From Bacteroidota bacterium (GTDB lineage: Bacteria > Bacteroidota > Ignavibacteria > SZUA-365), in NCBI GenBank assembly GCA_018224345.1, contig JAGTUW010000302.1, positions 1 to 37,046 on the forward strand: 37,046 nucleotides of DNA. The letters run 5' to 3'. This document shows positions 1 through 8,212 of the stretch, in pieces. The notes under the pieces were generated by a model that saw only the letters and a program-made list of their open reading frames with translations, made no database searches and was not told where the DNA came from. Within the stretch, counting starts at the first letter, position 1; every line of letters starts with the position of its first letter. The translations under genes and the position numbers were made by a program.

Positions 1-2
1 AG

Positions 3-1382
3 TTATCCCTGGAAAACGCCTTCCCGAATCTTTCTTTCAATCGGCCGGTAGACCTCCAGCACGCAGGAGACGGCAGTGATCGCATCTTTGTCGTCGAGCA
101 GGCAGGCCGTATTTTCGTCTTCGATAACGACAGAGACATCACGTCCGCAGAAATCTTTCTTGATATTCGCGATCGTGTCAACGACGGGGGAAATGAGGAA
201 GGACTGCTCGGACTGGCATTTCACCCTACATTCTCCGACAACGGATTCTTCTATTTGAATTATACAGCAGCGGGTCCAAGACGCACAGTGATCGCGCGGT
301 ATTCGGTCTCATCAACGAATCCGCAAAAGGCAGAAGCAAACAGTGAGCTGGTATTATTGACGATCCCTCAGCCATTCAGCAATCATAATGGAGGACAGCT
401 CGCTTTCGGTCCGGACAACTTCCTCTATATTGCGACAGGCGACGGTGGTTCAGGCGGCGACCCACAGAATAACGCGCAGAACAGAGCAACGTTGCTGGGA
501 AACATCCTCCGCATCGACGTTGACAATACTTCCGGAGACAAACCTTACGCTATACCATCGGACAATCCCTTTGTCGGGAATTCGGAAGGATGGGCCGAGG
601 AGATTTTCGCCTGGGGGCTACGCAATCCCTGGCGCTTCAGCTTCGACCCGGCTACCAACAGAATCTGGAATGCTGACGTTGGACAAAATCGCTTTGAGGA
701 AATCAATATTATCGAAAGCGGCAAAAACTATGGCTGGCGGATTATGGAAGGTTTCGCCTGCTTCAATCCATCTTCCGGTTGCGATCAGACCGGATTGACA
801 ATCCCTGTCTTCGAATACGGACATGATCAGGGGCAGTCTGTAACTGGTGGACATGTCTATCGGGCATCCTCTGTCCCGGAAATCGAGGGGAAATATATTT
901 ATGCCGATTTTGTCTCAGGACGCATCTGGGCACTGTCCTATAACGGACAGGACGATGTCGACAATGAATTGCTGTTGAATTCCAACAGGAACATCGCCTC
1001 GTTCGGTGTCGACCAACACCAGGAGCTGTATCTCTGCGCCTTTGACGGCACGATCTATCGCTTCAAACCCACGGTCTCTTCGACAAATTCTTTCCCATCG
1101 TCAGCGAACACAACAGAATTGTCCGATGCATTTCCCAATCCGGCCATCACCGGTGTTCACGATCGAATCTCCGTACAATTCTCGATTCCCACGCAGAACA
1201 TGGTACGTCTGGCGTTGTTCGACACCCTTGGACGTGAAGTCCTCATTATTCACGAGGCAATGCATGACCCTGGCGTACATCGTATTTCGATGGATATCAC
1301 CGGTCTGCCTGCAGGTCTCTATTTGTATGCGATGGACACAGCGGGGATGCGACTGACAAAAAAATTGGTCATCATAGAGTGA
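3..1382 (+). CDS. PQQ-dependent sugar dehydrogenase (soluble glucose/sorbosone dehydrogenase family), 5'-truncated by the window edge, with a C-terminal T9SS sorting domain
   Basis: This frame is open from nt 3, with no stop before the TTG at 255 that the ORF track used as start. The upstream translation LENAFPNLSFNRPVDLQHAGDGSDRIFVVEQAGRIFVF...GLLGLAFHP, followed by PFSNHNGGQLAFGPDNFLYIATGDGGSGGDPQNNAQN, WGLRNPWRFSFD and GKNYGWRIMEG, are the signature blocks of this beta-propeller family. The last ~87 aa (nt 1119-1379, FPNPA...GLYLYAM...KKLVIIE) resemble a type-A T9SS CTD. Stop TGA is at 1380-1382. Confidence 0.85.
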   Translation, partial: LSLENAFPNLSFNRPVDLQHAGDGSDRIFVVEQAGRIFVFDNDRDITSAEIFLDIRDRVNDGGNEEGLLGLAFHPTFSDNGFFYLNYTAAGPRRTVIARYSVSSTNPQKAEANSELVLLTIPQPFSNHNGGQLAFGPDNFLYIATGDGGSGGDPQNNAQNRATLLGNILRIDVDNTSGDKPYAIPSDNPFVGNSEGWAEEIFAWGLRNPWRFSFDPATNRIWNADVGQNRFEEINIIESGKNYGWRIMEGFACFNPSSGCDQTGLTIPVFEYGHDQGQSVTGGHVYRASSVPEIEGKYIYADFVSGRIWALSYNGQDDVDNELLLNSNRNIASFGVDQHQELYLCAFDGTIYRFKPTVSSTNSFPSSANTTELSDAFPNPAITGVHDRISVQFSIPTQNMVRLALFDTLGREVLIIHEAMHDPGVHRISMDITGLPAGLYLYAMDTAGMRLTKKLVIIE

Positions 1383-1518
1383 GAATCAGATAGAACCCGG
1401 TCACTGCAGTCGGGAATCTCCTGTTGACTTCAGAGCAGGTACTGCTGCCACACTGCCGCAAGCCTGCCCATCCGGAACATTTCCGTTAGACCGATATCAC
1501 GGGCTGTGATGTATCGTC

Positions 1519-1686
1519 TCAGGACGTAGATTCTTTTTGAGGGGAGTTCCCTCCGTGCCGGGTAATGTAAACATCCAGCGCCCGGATGAGCCGCTGGGCG
1601 ATCCTCACAAAAAGGATAAACCCGTAAATAACGAAGACAAGCGTGAGAAGGGAGAAAACGAGCGTAGTGATTTCATTCAGTGACAT
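1519..1686 (-). CDS. small single-pass membrane protein (55 aa), hypothetical
   Basis: The internal ATG at 1686 (MSLNEITTLVFSLLTLVFVIYGFILFVRIAQRL...) is preceded by GGAAGG about 7 nt upstream. It lies 29 nt downstream of the stop of the FAD protein gene. It has one strongly hydrophobic helix followed by a basic, polar tail. The longer track ORF (to 1749) would overlap the upstream gene. Confidence 0.45.
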   Translation of the reverse strand: MSLNEITTLVFSLLTLVFVIYGFILFVRIAQRLIRALDVYITRHGGNSPQKESTS

Positions 1687-1715
1687 CGCGTACCTTCCGG
1701 AATAGTGTGAGCCTT

Positions 1716-3338
1716 TTATATTCTGCTGCCGGTCATCGCAGTGAAGCAATCAGCAGGTTCTATCATTGTCCAGAGCCAAGCCTGAGCCGCGCGTATACCG
1801 TCGACGGCGGCCGAGGTAATACCTCCGGCATATCCGGCACCCTCGCCGACGGGATACAGGTTCGGCGCATCCGGAGATGTAAGGAGGTGTTGATCGCGAT
1901 CAATACGATAGGGTGCTGATGTGCGACTTTCAATACCGAATATCTGCGCCTTTTCATGGCGTGCAAAACCCCGCATTTTTCTGTCAAAGACGCCGAAACC
2001 GCGGCATAATCCTTCGTAGACAAAATCCGGGAACATCATGTGCATCGGAGCAGGTGCGACAGGACTCACACATGATGTGGGCAATAGCCCATGGCTGCTC
2101 TGTCCCGCAAGAAAATCCTGCAGCCGTTGCCCCGGCAGTACGTGTACCGAAGCGGTTCTGTTCACTGCTGCACGAAATCGGGCTTCAAGTTCTACCTGAA
2201 GTTGCAGCGCGGCATCGATGCCGGTATAGCCCGTGCGCTCAAGATCCGTGACACTCACATTCACAACAATCGCTGCATTCGAGAAACGCCCGCTCTTCAT
2301 GGAATTACTCATTCCATTTGTAACGACACCTGTGGTATCGGAACTTGCATTCAGTACGTAACCACCCGGACACATACAGAAAGAGTACACGGCTCTGTTG
2401 GTATCCTTCCAGGTGTTTGCCAACCTGTATTGAGCGGCCTCTATACCCGGATAGCGGGTGCTGTACCCCTGACCATATTGCATTGTGTTCACGGCTTCTG
2501 CAGGATGTTCGATGCGGACACCAAGCGCGAATTCCTTCAGCGACATCGAAAGAGTGCGCGAACGGAGCAACCGGTACACCTCCCTCGCGGAATGCCCAGT
2601 CGCCAGAAATAACACCGTTGCGGGCAACACTGTCCCATCTTGAAGTTGAACTCCCCGTATTGCACCGGTTGAATCGGTATCATAGTCAGTAAAGCGGGTT
2701 CCGTAACGAATATCCATCCGTTTTTCTGTCAGGTCATCGAGCATTCGTGTGATGCATTGGCGGATCTTGTTCGACCCGAGATGTGGATTATAAAGAAAAC
2801 AAATGTTATCGGGGGCACCGTAACGGACAAACGTATCCATAACAAAACCGATATACGGTGAACGAATGCGTGTGATCAGTTTCCCGTCACTGTACGTGCC
2901 CGCGCCACCAGCCCCGAAACATATATTTGAATACGGGTGCAGAACACCGTTTTTCATAAAGCGCGCCATATCACGGATGCGTTCTCGCATTGGTGGTCCC
3001 TGTTCGATCAGTATCGGTTGAATACCGTGCAGATGCAGCCAATAAGCGCAGAACAGTCCACCCGGCCCGGAACCTACCACAACCGGGCGTGATGCTGTTC
3101 TTTGTCCTGTCGTCTCAAGACGCCGTCTTTGTTGCTCAATTCCGTTCTGTATATCATCGACGGGATCTCGTGAATCCGTCGTGACAGAATAATGGACACG
3201 AATATCGTGATGCTGACGAGCATCAACGCTGCGTTTGAGGATACGATACGTGGCATCATCGTCACCGATGCGACCGCGTATCGCTTCATCCAATTCCTGC
3301 TCGCTGTGATGATACGGAAGAGTGATACTGAATTGCAT
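1716..3338 (-). CDS. NAD(P)/FAD-dependent oxidoreductase, COG2509-type uncharacterised FAD-dependent dehydrogenase
   Basis: It has an ATG start. The dinucleotide-binding motif VVVGSGPGGLFCAYWL is followed by FGAGGAGTYSDGKL, and GEGAGYAGGITSAAVDG lies near the C-terminus. Together these are typical of the COG2509 family. Confidence 0.8.
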   Translation of the reverse strand: MQFSITLPYHHSEQELDEAIRGRIGDDDATYRILKRSVDARQHHDIRVHYSVTTDSRDPVDDIQNGIEQQRRRLETTGQRTASRPVVVGSGPGGLFCAYWLHLHGIQPILIEQGPPMRERIRDMARFMKNGVLHPYSNICFGAGGAGTYSDGKLITRIRSPYIGFVMDTFVRYGAPDNICFLYNPHLGSNKIRQCITRMLDDLTEKRMDIRYGTRFTDYDTDSTGAIRGVQLQDGTVLPATVLFLATGHSAREVYRLLRSRTLSMSLKEFALGVRIEHPAEAVNTMQYGQGYSTRYPGIEAAQYRLANTWKDTNRAVYSFCMCPGGYVLNASSDTTGVVTNGMSNSMKSGRFSNAAIVVNVSVTDLERTGYTGIDAALQLQVELEARFRAAVNRTASVHVLPGQRLQDFLAGQSSHGLLPTSCVSPVAPAPMHMMFPDFVYEGLCRGFGVFDRKMRGFARHEKAQIFGIESRTSAPYRIDRDQHLLTSPDAPNLYPVGEGAGYAGGITSAAVDGIRAAQAWLWTMIEPADCFTAMTGSRI

Positions 3339-3409
3339 AGGGCAGAAAAATGCCGCGCGAAAAGACTACAGGTCCTGCATCGCGCGGCCATAATCGCATA
3401 TTAATAAAG

Positions 3410-4783
3410 CTATATATCTATATGATATTTTTCTATCATTTTATAAAGTGTTGAGCGGCTGATGCCAAGCTCGCGGGCAGCATACGCCATATTTCCATTT
3501 GCAATCTCAACTGCCCGATGCACGACCTGCTGCTTGATTTGATCGAGAGAAACGATTTTATTGTCGTGAAACAATCGACCATCGGTTTTGAGCTCCATGC
3601 TGGCGTCTTTAAAGGGCTGCATGATTTTGGGAAGATGTGCGAGGCTGATCAGCTTCCCTTTGGTCTCCAGGAGGGCACGACGGATGGTGTGCTCGAGTTC
3701 ACGCACATTCCCCGGCCACGGATAATGATAGATTGCCTCGAGTGCCTCGCTTGTAAAACCTCTGACAGCGATGTTTTCTTTTTTTGCATGCTGTTCGAGA
3801 AACGTTTCTGCGAGGAGAATGATGTCGGTGCCCCGATCTCTGAGCGGTGGAAGATGGATCGGAAGAGAGATCAAGCGATAATAGAGTTCCCTGAGAATTT
3901 TACTTTTCCCGAGGAGCTCTTTCAGGTTTTCTGCTGTGGCAATGATCAGCCGAATGTCGACTTTTTCATACTGTTTCCCACCTACCGGTCGTATCTGCTT
4001 GTATCGCAGAAAATGAAGCAATTGTGCCTGAACTTCCAGGTCAAAGCCAGCGATTTCACTGATATATACCGTACCACCGTGTGCCTGTTCGAACAAGCCC
4101 GCTTTTCGTTTGTCAATTCCAGGACAGGAATCCTTTGTGAAACCGAATAACGTACCAGGAAGCATGTCTTCTGGAACGGAAGCCTGAGAAAAAGCCATGA
4201 AGGGTTTGGTGTTCCTGCTGCTTCCCGCATGGATTGTTCTGGCAACAAATTCCCGTCCTGTCCCTGCCTCCCCTGTTAGCAAAACAGGAAGGTCTTTCCC
4301 TTTCACCTGTTCGATCATCCGGAACACGAGCTTCATTTCACGCGATTCTGCGATCATCGGTGTGGACAGCAATCGATCCTGCATTTCCTCACGCAGACGG
4401 CCGATTTCATGCCGCAAATCTACAATCCTGAACACATGATGAAACACCCGATCGGCGCGGGCCTCATCGATCGGTACTTCAAGGTAATCGAAACAGCCGC
4501 TTCGTAATGATTCCCGGCAGGTATCTTCATCCTTCGCATGAATGACAGAGATGACCGGGACCTCCGACTTGCGATACCGGAGTTCCCTGAACACTTCAGA
4601 AAGGATTATCTCCTGTGCCCTGGCATCAAGCAAAATGATATCCGGAACGGAAGTGTCGGCAAACAACGCCTCCGAATCGGGGAAGAGACGCAAGGTGTGC
4701 CCGAGGTCCTTTTCCAGTTTCCGGGAAAACAGACGTCGCAAGGAATCATCGGTGGACACGAGGGATATCAGATGTTTTTTCAT
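3410..4783 (-). CDS. NtrC/Fis-family response-regulator-like protein (REC, AAA+ sigma-54-interaction-like domain, Fis HTH) with degenerate catalytic motifs
   Basis: The start is the ATG at 4783 (MKKHLISLV); the longer track ORF begins with TTG at 4813. The REC-like N-terminus reads DIILLDARA. The AAA+ core reads PVLLTGEAGTGREFVARTIH ... GGTVYISEIAG ... VDIRLIIATAEN ... LYYRL ... PLRDR ... WPGNVRELEH. The C-terminal HTH reads NMAYAARELGISRSTLYKMIEKY. See the findings for the motif degeneracy. Confidence 0.85.
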   Translation of the reverse strand: MKKHLISLVSTDDSLRRLFSRKLEKDLGHTLRLFPDSEALFADTSVPDIILLDARAQEIILSEVFRELRYRKSEVPVISVIHAKDEDTCRESLRSGCFDYLEVPIDEARADRVFHHVFRIVDLRHEIGRLREEMQDRLLSTPMIAESREMKLVFRMIEQVKGKDLPVLLTGEAGTGREFVARTIHAGSSRNTKPFMAFSQASVPEDMLPGTLFGFTKDSCPGIDKRKAGLFEQAHGGTVYISEIAGFDLEVQAQLLHFLRYKQIRPVGGKQYEKVDIRLIIATAENLKELLGKSKILRELYYRLISLPIHLPPLRDRGTDIILLAETFLEQHAKKENIAVRGFTSEALEAIYHYPWPGNVRELEHTIRRALLETKGKLISLAHLPKIMQPFKDASMELKTDGRLFHDNKIVSLDQIKQQVVHRAVEIANGNMAYAARELGISRSTLYKMIEKYHIDI

Positions 4784-4923
4784 GTTGTTATCCGATTCCA
4801 GAACATGAGTCAATCGAATGCCTGTTCAGATTTCACCAGGGATCCGCGATTCTGCAGGGAAGAACTGGACGGGAATTCCGCTGTTCGAAGGAACGCAAAA
4901 TCCGTACAAGTCGCGCATCAGCA

Positions 4924-4961
4924 GAAAAAGTATCGGCCGGTTGCATTTGAGGCAACCGGCC
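4924..4961 (-). terminator. putative intrinsic terminator downstream of the OmpA-family gene
   Basis: A 10-bp perfect stem GGCCGGTTGC/GCAACCGGCC (4935-4944 / 4952-4961) has a 7-nt loop. On the minus strand it is followed 5 nt later by TTTTT (4925-4929). It begins 12 nt after the TGA at 4973-4975. Confidence 0.5.
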
Positions 4962-4972
4962 AGTTACGCAGA

Positions 4973-6475
4973 TCATCGAAGCACACGGAACTGAATGCGT
5001 CTGTTGCGCTGTCTGTTTTCCGGTGAATCGTTGGGCACAAGAGGTTGATCCAGACCGTATCCGCGAGCCGTCATACGATCTCCATCAATTCCGCGCTCAA
5101 TAAAGTATTCACGGACTGCATTCGCCCGGCGTTCACTCAGATCTTGATTCATGTTTCTGCCACCGACATCATCGGTGTGCCCCTGAATCTCGACACGAAG
5201 ATCCGGGTTGGTCCTGAGCGTATTCAGCGCCATACGAAGGATCGTTTCCGAATCCGGTGTAATGACAGCAGAATTCGTTTCAAAATTGATCCCCTCGAGA
5301 ACCACGTCGCCACTTTCCTCGATTTTCAAAACGTCCACTACGAGAGGGTCTGTTCCATCACGCACTTCACGGCCATCATTGACTCCGTCTCCATCGGTAT
5401 CCGGATTCAGGGGATCGGTACCGTAGATATGAACTTCGTCACCATCGGTCAACCCGTCACCGTCCGTGTCCGGATTCAAGGGATCGGTACCATAGGTCAG
5501 CACTTCCTCACCGTCGACCAACCCGTCACCGTCGGTATCCTTGACAAGAGGATCCGTGCCATAGGTATTGATTTCTTCACCGTCGGTCAGACTATCATAG
5601 TCCGTATCGCGAAGTGTCGGATCCGTCTTGTGAATCAGGACTTCATCTCCGTCACTCAATCCGTCACCATCGGTGTCCGGATTGAACGGATCCGTATTGT
5701 AAATACTGGTCTCATCTTCATCGGTCAAACCATCTCCGTCGGAATCCTTGGGGACCACAGCAACCGGAGCCGCGGGCTGCACGGCCTCTTTGCGGTCATC
5801 AAGATAGAAGGTAAGCCCGAACGTGACCATGTTGTAATTGTCATTGTCCTCTGAGACCCAGTTATCCATCTCATCAGTGAATGTCAACGTTTTCATGAAC
5901 TCGGCAAAGAAATCCAGACGTTCGGAAATTGTCCAGGTCAGACCGACACCCAATGGCAGCGTCATAGTTCCCGACACATCACCCGTGCTGTTCTTGGCGA
6001 AATTCGGAGGACTTAACGTCGGACTGAAACTCAGGAAACCGAAACCGGCGTATGCGTATGGACGCAAATCATATTCGGGGAAAAACTGCATCTGCAACCC
6101 TGCAATGAAATGCAGAAGATCATCACTGTATTCATAGGAGAGTTGGGGTCTGCCGGAGTGAGAGGACGAAACAGGGGAATACGCGAACCGTCCCAACAAA
6201 TGTAACGTCGCAAAATCACCTGCATCGGCAAAGCGCCAGAGAAGATGGATGTTTCCACCAATCCCCCAGTCGGTTTCAGCTCCCGGGAAATTTGATCCGT
6301 CCTGCAAATCACCCGCATATCTGTTCAAAGACAAGCCGGCACCAAACCCCAGCTTCTGGGGACGGGAAAAATCAGCGTCATAAGGTCGGTCCTGCTGCAT
6401 CCTCTGATTTTCCTGGGCTGTCAAGCCACCAGAGAAAATGAGCAAAACCGCAATGGTGAAAATAAATCGTATCAT
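4973..6475 (-). CDS. OmpA-family outer-membrane protein with an N-terminal beta-barrel-like region, thrombospondin type-3 (TSP3) calcium-binding repeats and a C-terminal OmpA/peptidoglycan-binding domain
   Basis: It has an ATG start preceded by GAGGAG, and a signal peptide [21 protein letters not shown]. About six DTDGDGLxDGxE repeats are present. The C-terminus reads [14 protein letters not shown]...[31 protein letters not shown]...NRRIQFRVL, the canonical OmpA_C motif set. Confidence 0.9.
   Translation of the reverse strand: MIRFIFTIAVLLIFSGGLTAQENQRMQQDRPYDADFSRPQKLGFGAGLSLNRYAGDLQDGSNFPGAETDWGIGGNIHLLWRFADAGDFATLHLLGRFAYSPVSSSHSGRPQLSYEYSDDLLHFIAGLQMQFFPEYDLRPYAYAGFGFLSFSPTLSPPNFAKNSTGDVSGTMTLPLGVGLTWTISERLDFFAEFMKTLTFTDEMDNWVSEDNDNYNMVTFGLTFYLDDRKEAVQPAAPVAVVPKDSDGDGLTDEDETSIYNTDPFNPDTDGDGLSDGDEVLIHKTDPTLRDTDYDSLTDGEEINTYGTDPLVKDTDGDGLVDGEEVLTYGTDPLNPDTDGDGLTDGDEVHIYGTDPLNPDTDGDGVNDGREVRDGTDPLVVDVLKIEESGDVVLEGINFETNSAVITPDSETILRMALNTLRTNPDLRVEIQGHTDDVGGRNMNQDLSERRANAVREYFIERGIDGDRMTARGYGLDQPLVPNDSPENRQRNRRIQFRVLR
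5339..5749 (-). repeat. in-frame tandem coding repeats (about 69 nt / 23 aa unit) encoding TSP3-type Asp-rich calcium-binding motifs
   Basis: aa 243-379 of the OmpA-family protein read [12 protein letters not shown].., [20 protein letters not shown].., [21 protein letters not shown].., [46 protein letters not shown] and [13 protein letters not shown]. The last units are also near-identical at the DNA level. Confidence 0.8.
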
Positions 6476-6718
6476 CTTCGCTCCTCAAAAATTAATAAAG
6501 AACTCGTCTCTCTTTTTTTAGCTACTTCAGCGACACCTCGATCAGACATATACCTTGATCGTGATTCATGTATATGAAATTCAATCAGCGGTCACTTCCG
6601 CAGTTGCCGGCATGATTGCCATTCTTGGTGTACATACAAAAAAAGCTCTTAATGAGCAAACATGCAAGTACTTCGGACATTTTTTTCCACACGACTTTGA
6701 GACTGTCTGCTTTTCGTC

Positions 6719-7147
6719 CTATTCCGCCGAATGACTGTGATCACTACCTCCACCAAGCAATGCCCGCAATTGCTCGCGAATATTCATCTCTACAGTCCCG
6801 GGAATTCCGTCCGAAGAAATATCTGCATCCAGGGAACGGGCACTTCTTTCCTGCCGGAGCCGATTCATCTCCTCGACGACCATGCGCAGCTGCTGTGTAG
6901 CGGAATCCTCGAGTATACTGAGTTCGACGAAACGCTCCTGCAACTCCTTATCCGTCCACGCCGTCATGTCCTCAGGTTTACCATAAAGACTTCCCGTCCC
7001 GACCGTCACTACCACAACATCGTGGGAGGGGTCTGCCAGATCGACGTTGTTGACCGCAAGCAGGTACTCGGATTGTCGGAGCACACCTATCGTGTGCAGA
7101 AGATTATGAAGGTCCTCTTTTTGAATGGCATATCGAATGATATTCAT
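6719..7147 (-). CDS. hypothetical protein (142 aa), no signal peptide, predicted coiled-coil C-terminal half
   Basis: The ATG at 7147 is preceded by a strong RBS (CACAGGAGAGGCACA-ATG). The amino-acid composition is non-repetitive and protein-like. I recognised no family motif. Confidence 0.55.
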   Translation of the reverse strand: MNIIRYAIQKEDLHNLLHTIGVLRQSEYLLAVNNVDLADPSHDVVVVTVGTGSLYGKPEDMTAWTDKELQERFVELSILEDSATQQLRMVVEEMNRLRQERSARSLDADISSDGIPGTVEMNIREQLRALLGGGSDHSHSAE

Positions 7148-7312
7148 TGTGCCTCTCCTGTGTGGGATGACGATTCATCCGTCAATATAACAAATACACT
7201 GCGTATGGCACGATAATTGACCGGAGCTCGGATTCCTTCTACCTTCCGGACAGTCGATTTCCCCGGCTGTCCCGTGTACACCGGCCCTGCGCATCGCGCG
7301 ACACACTCGCAA

Positions 7313-8200
7313 TCAGGGTCGCTCCCGCTTGACCAGAAACACTTCCTTCGAGATGATCGATGCGGAGCCGAACACCCCGACACCACCGGTGACGTTGCTG
7401 TATTGTTCGCGGTATTCCACGGAACGCCCTCCCCACTGTGTCGCCTTGAACCATTCAAGTAACGACGTGTCAGTCGCCAGAATGGAGACATCATTGCGTC
7501 CATACCAGCGGAAGGCCATCCAGACCGTCGGGGCCTGATTGGTCTGGATAAATCCCCAACGCGCCTTTGTGTAAAAGTTTTGGCTTTGCGGTGTCTCGAA
7601 CGGCAGATTGTTCGTCCGCTCGTTGATCTCATCTGTCGGAGGTTGGAGATATGTTCCGTAACCGAGAGTGTCAAGAGCAGTGACACGAATGATGTATTCG
7701 GTCGAGTTCCCGGGCGTCCACGCAACCCGCAGACTGTCATGGCTGTAGAGTTGCGTCGTATCCTGTGGATAGTGAATCACATCCCGGGGCGGAATCGTCC
7801 AGGCGATACTTCTGGGTGTGACTGTCTCCGCCTGCATGACGGACCCGTCATCGATTCGCACCGTGATACGATACTGTGTCTCGGGAAGAACAAGCAACGT
7901 CGTGTCAGGATAGTAATAGCTGCCGACATCGTCACGAACACGATAAACGAGTCGATACTCCACGTCCTGTGTACTGATGGTCACCTCGGCATCCGATACC
8001 ATCATGCGGGAATAGTCGAACGGCTCGGTAATTGGTTGTGAGCGGGCCACCACGATATTGTCAATCGGTTCGCCGATAATCAGGTATGCCTCGAGAAAAG
8101 GAACCGGTACATACTGTGTCGGTGGCTGATCCTCGCAGGCAGTCAACGAAAACAGAACCGGGAGGAACATGATGATTGACAGAAAAAAGATTCTCTTCAT
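7313..8200 (-). CDS. DUF4249-like lipoprotein
   Basis: The ATG lies 12 nt after the stop of the TonB receptor gene. The lipoprotein signal peptide has a lipobox Cys (MKRIFFLSIIMFLPVLFSLTAC). The N-terminal pattern (LEAYLIIGEPIDNIVVARSQP...VSDAEVTIST...YRLVY...GSYYYPDT...ETQYRITVRIDDGSVMQAET) matches my recollection of DUF4249. Placement immediately downstream of a CarboxypepD_reg TonB receptor is the usual context for that family. Confidence 0.65.
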   Translation of the reverse strand: MKRIFFLSIIMFLPVLFSLTACEDQPPTQYVPVPFLEAYLIIGEPIDNIVVARSQPITEPFDYSRMMVSDAEVTISTQDVEYRLVYRVRDDVGSYYYPDTTLLVLPETQYRITVRIDDGSVMQAETVTPRSIAWTIPPRDVIHYPQDTTQLYSHDSLRVAWTPGNSTEYIIRVTALDTLGYGTYLQPPTDEINERTNNLPFETPQSQNFYTKARWGFIQTNQAPTVWMAFRWYGRNDVSILATDTSLLEWFKATQWGGRSVEYREQYSNVTGGVGVFGSASIISKEVFLVKRERP

Positions 8201-8212
8201 TGCTGCACCATA

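Noticed and set aside
3-258. Track ORFs 3-224 (minus) and 76-258 (plus), and the TTG start at 255 for the dehydrogenase.
   Set aside because: The dehydrogenase frame is open back to nt 3, and the upstream translation contains family-conserved blocks (RIFVVEQAGRIFVF, GLLGLAFHP). The gene therefore simply enters from outside the window.
7144-7740. A 198-aa minus-strand ORF overlapping the 3' half of the DUF4249 gene in another frame.
   Set aside because: It is extremely Arg/Ser/Pro-rich with no RBS. The overlapping frame encodes a lipoprotein with a proper lipobox and family-like pattern.
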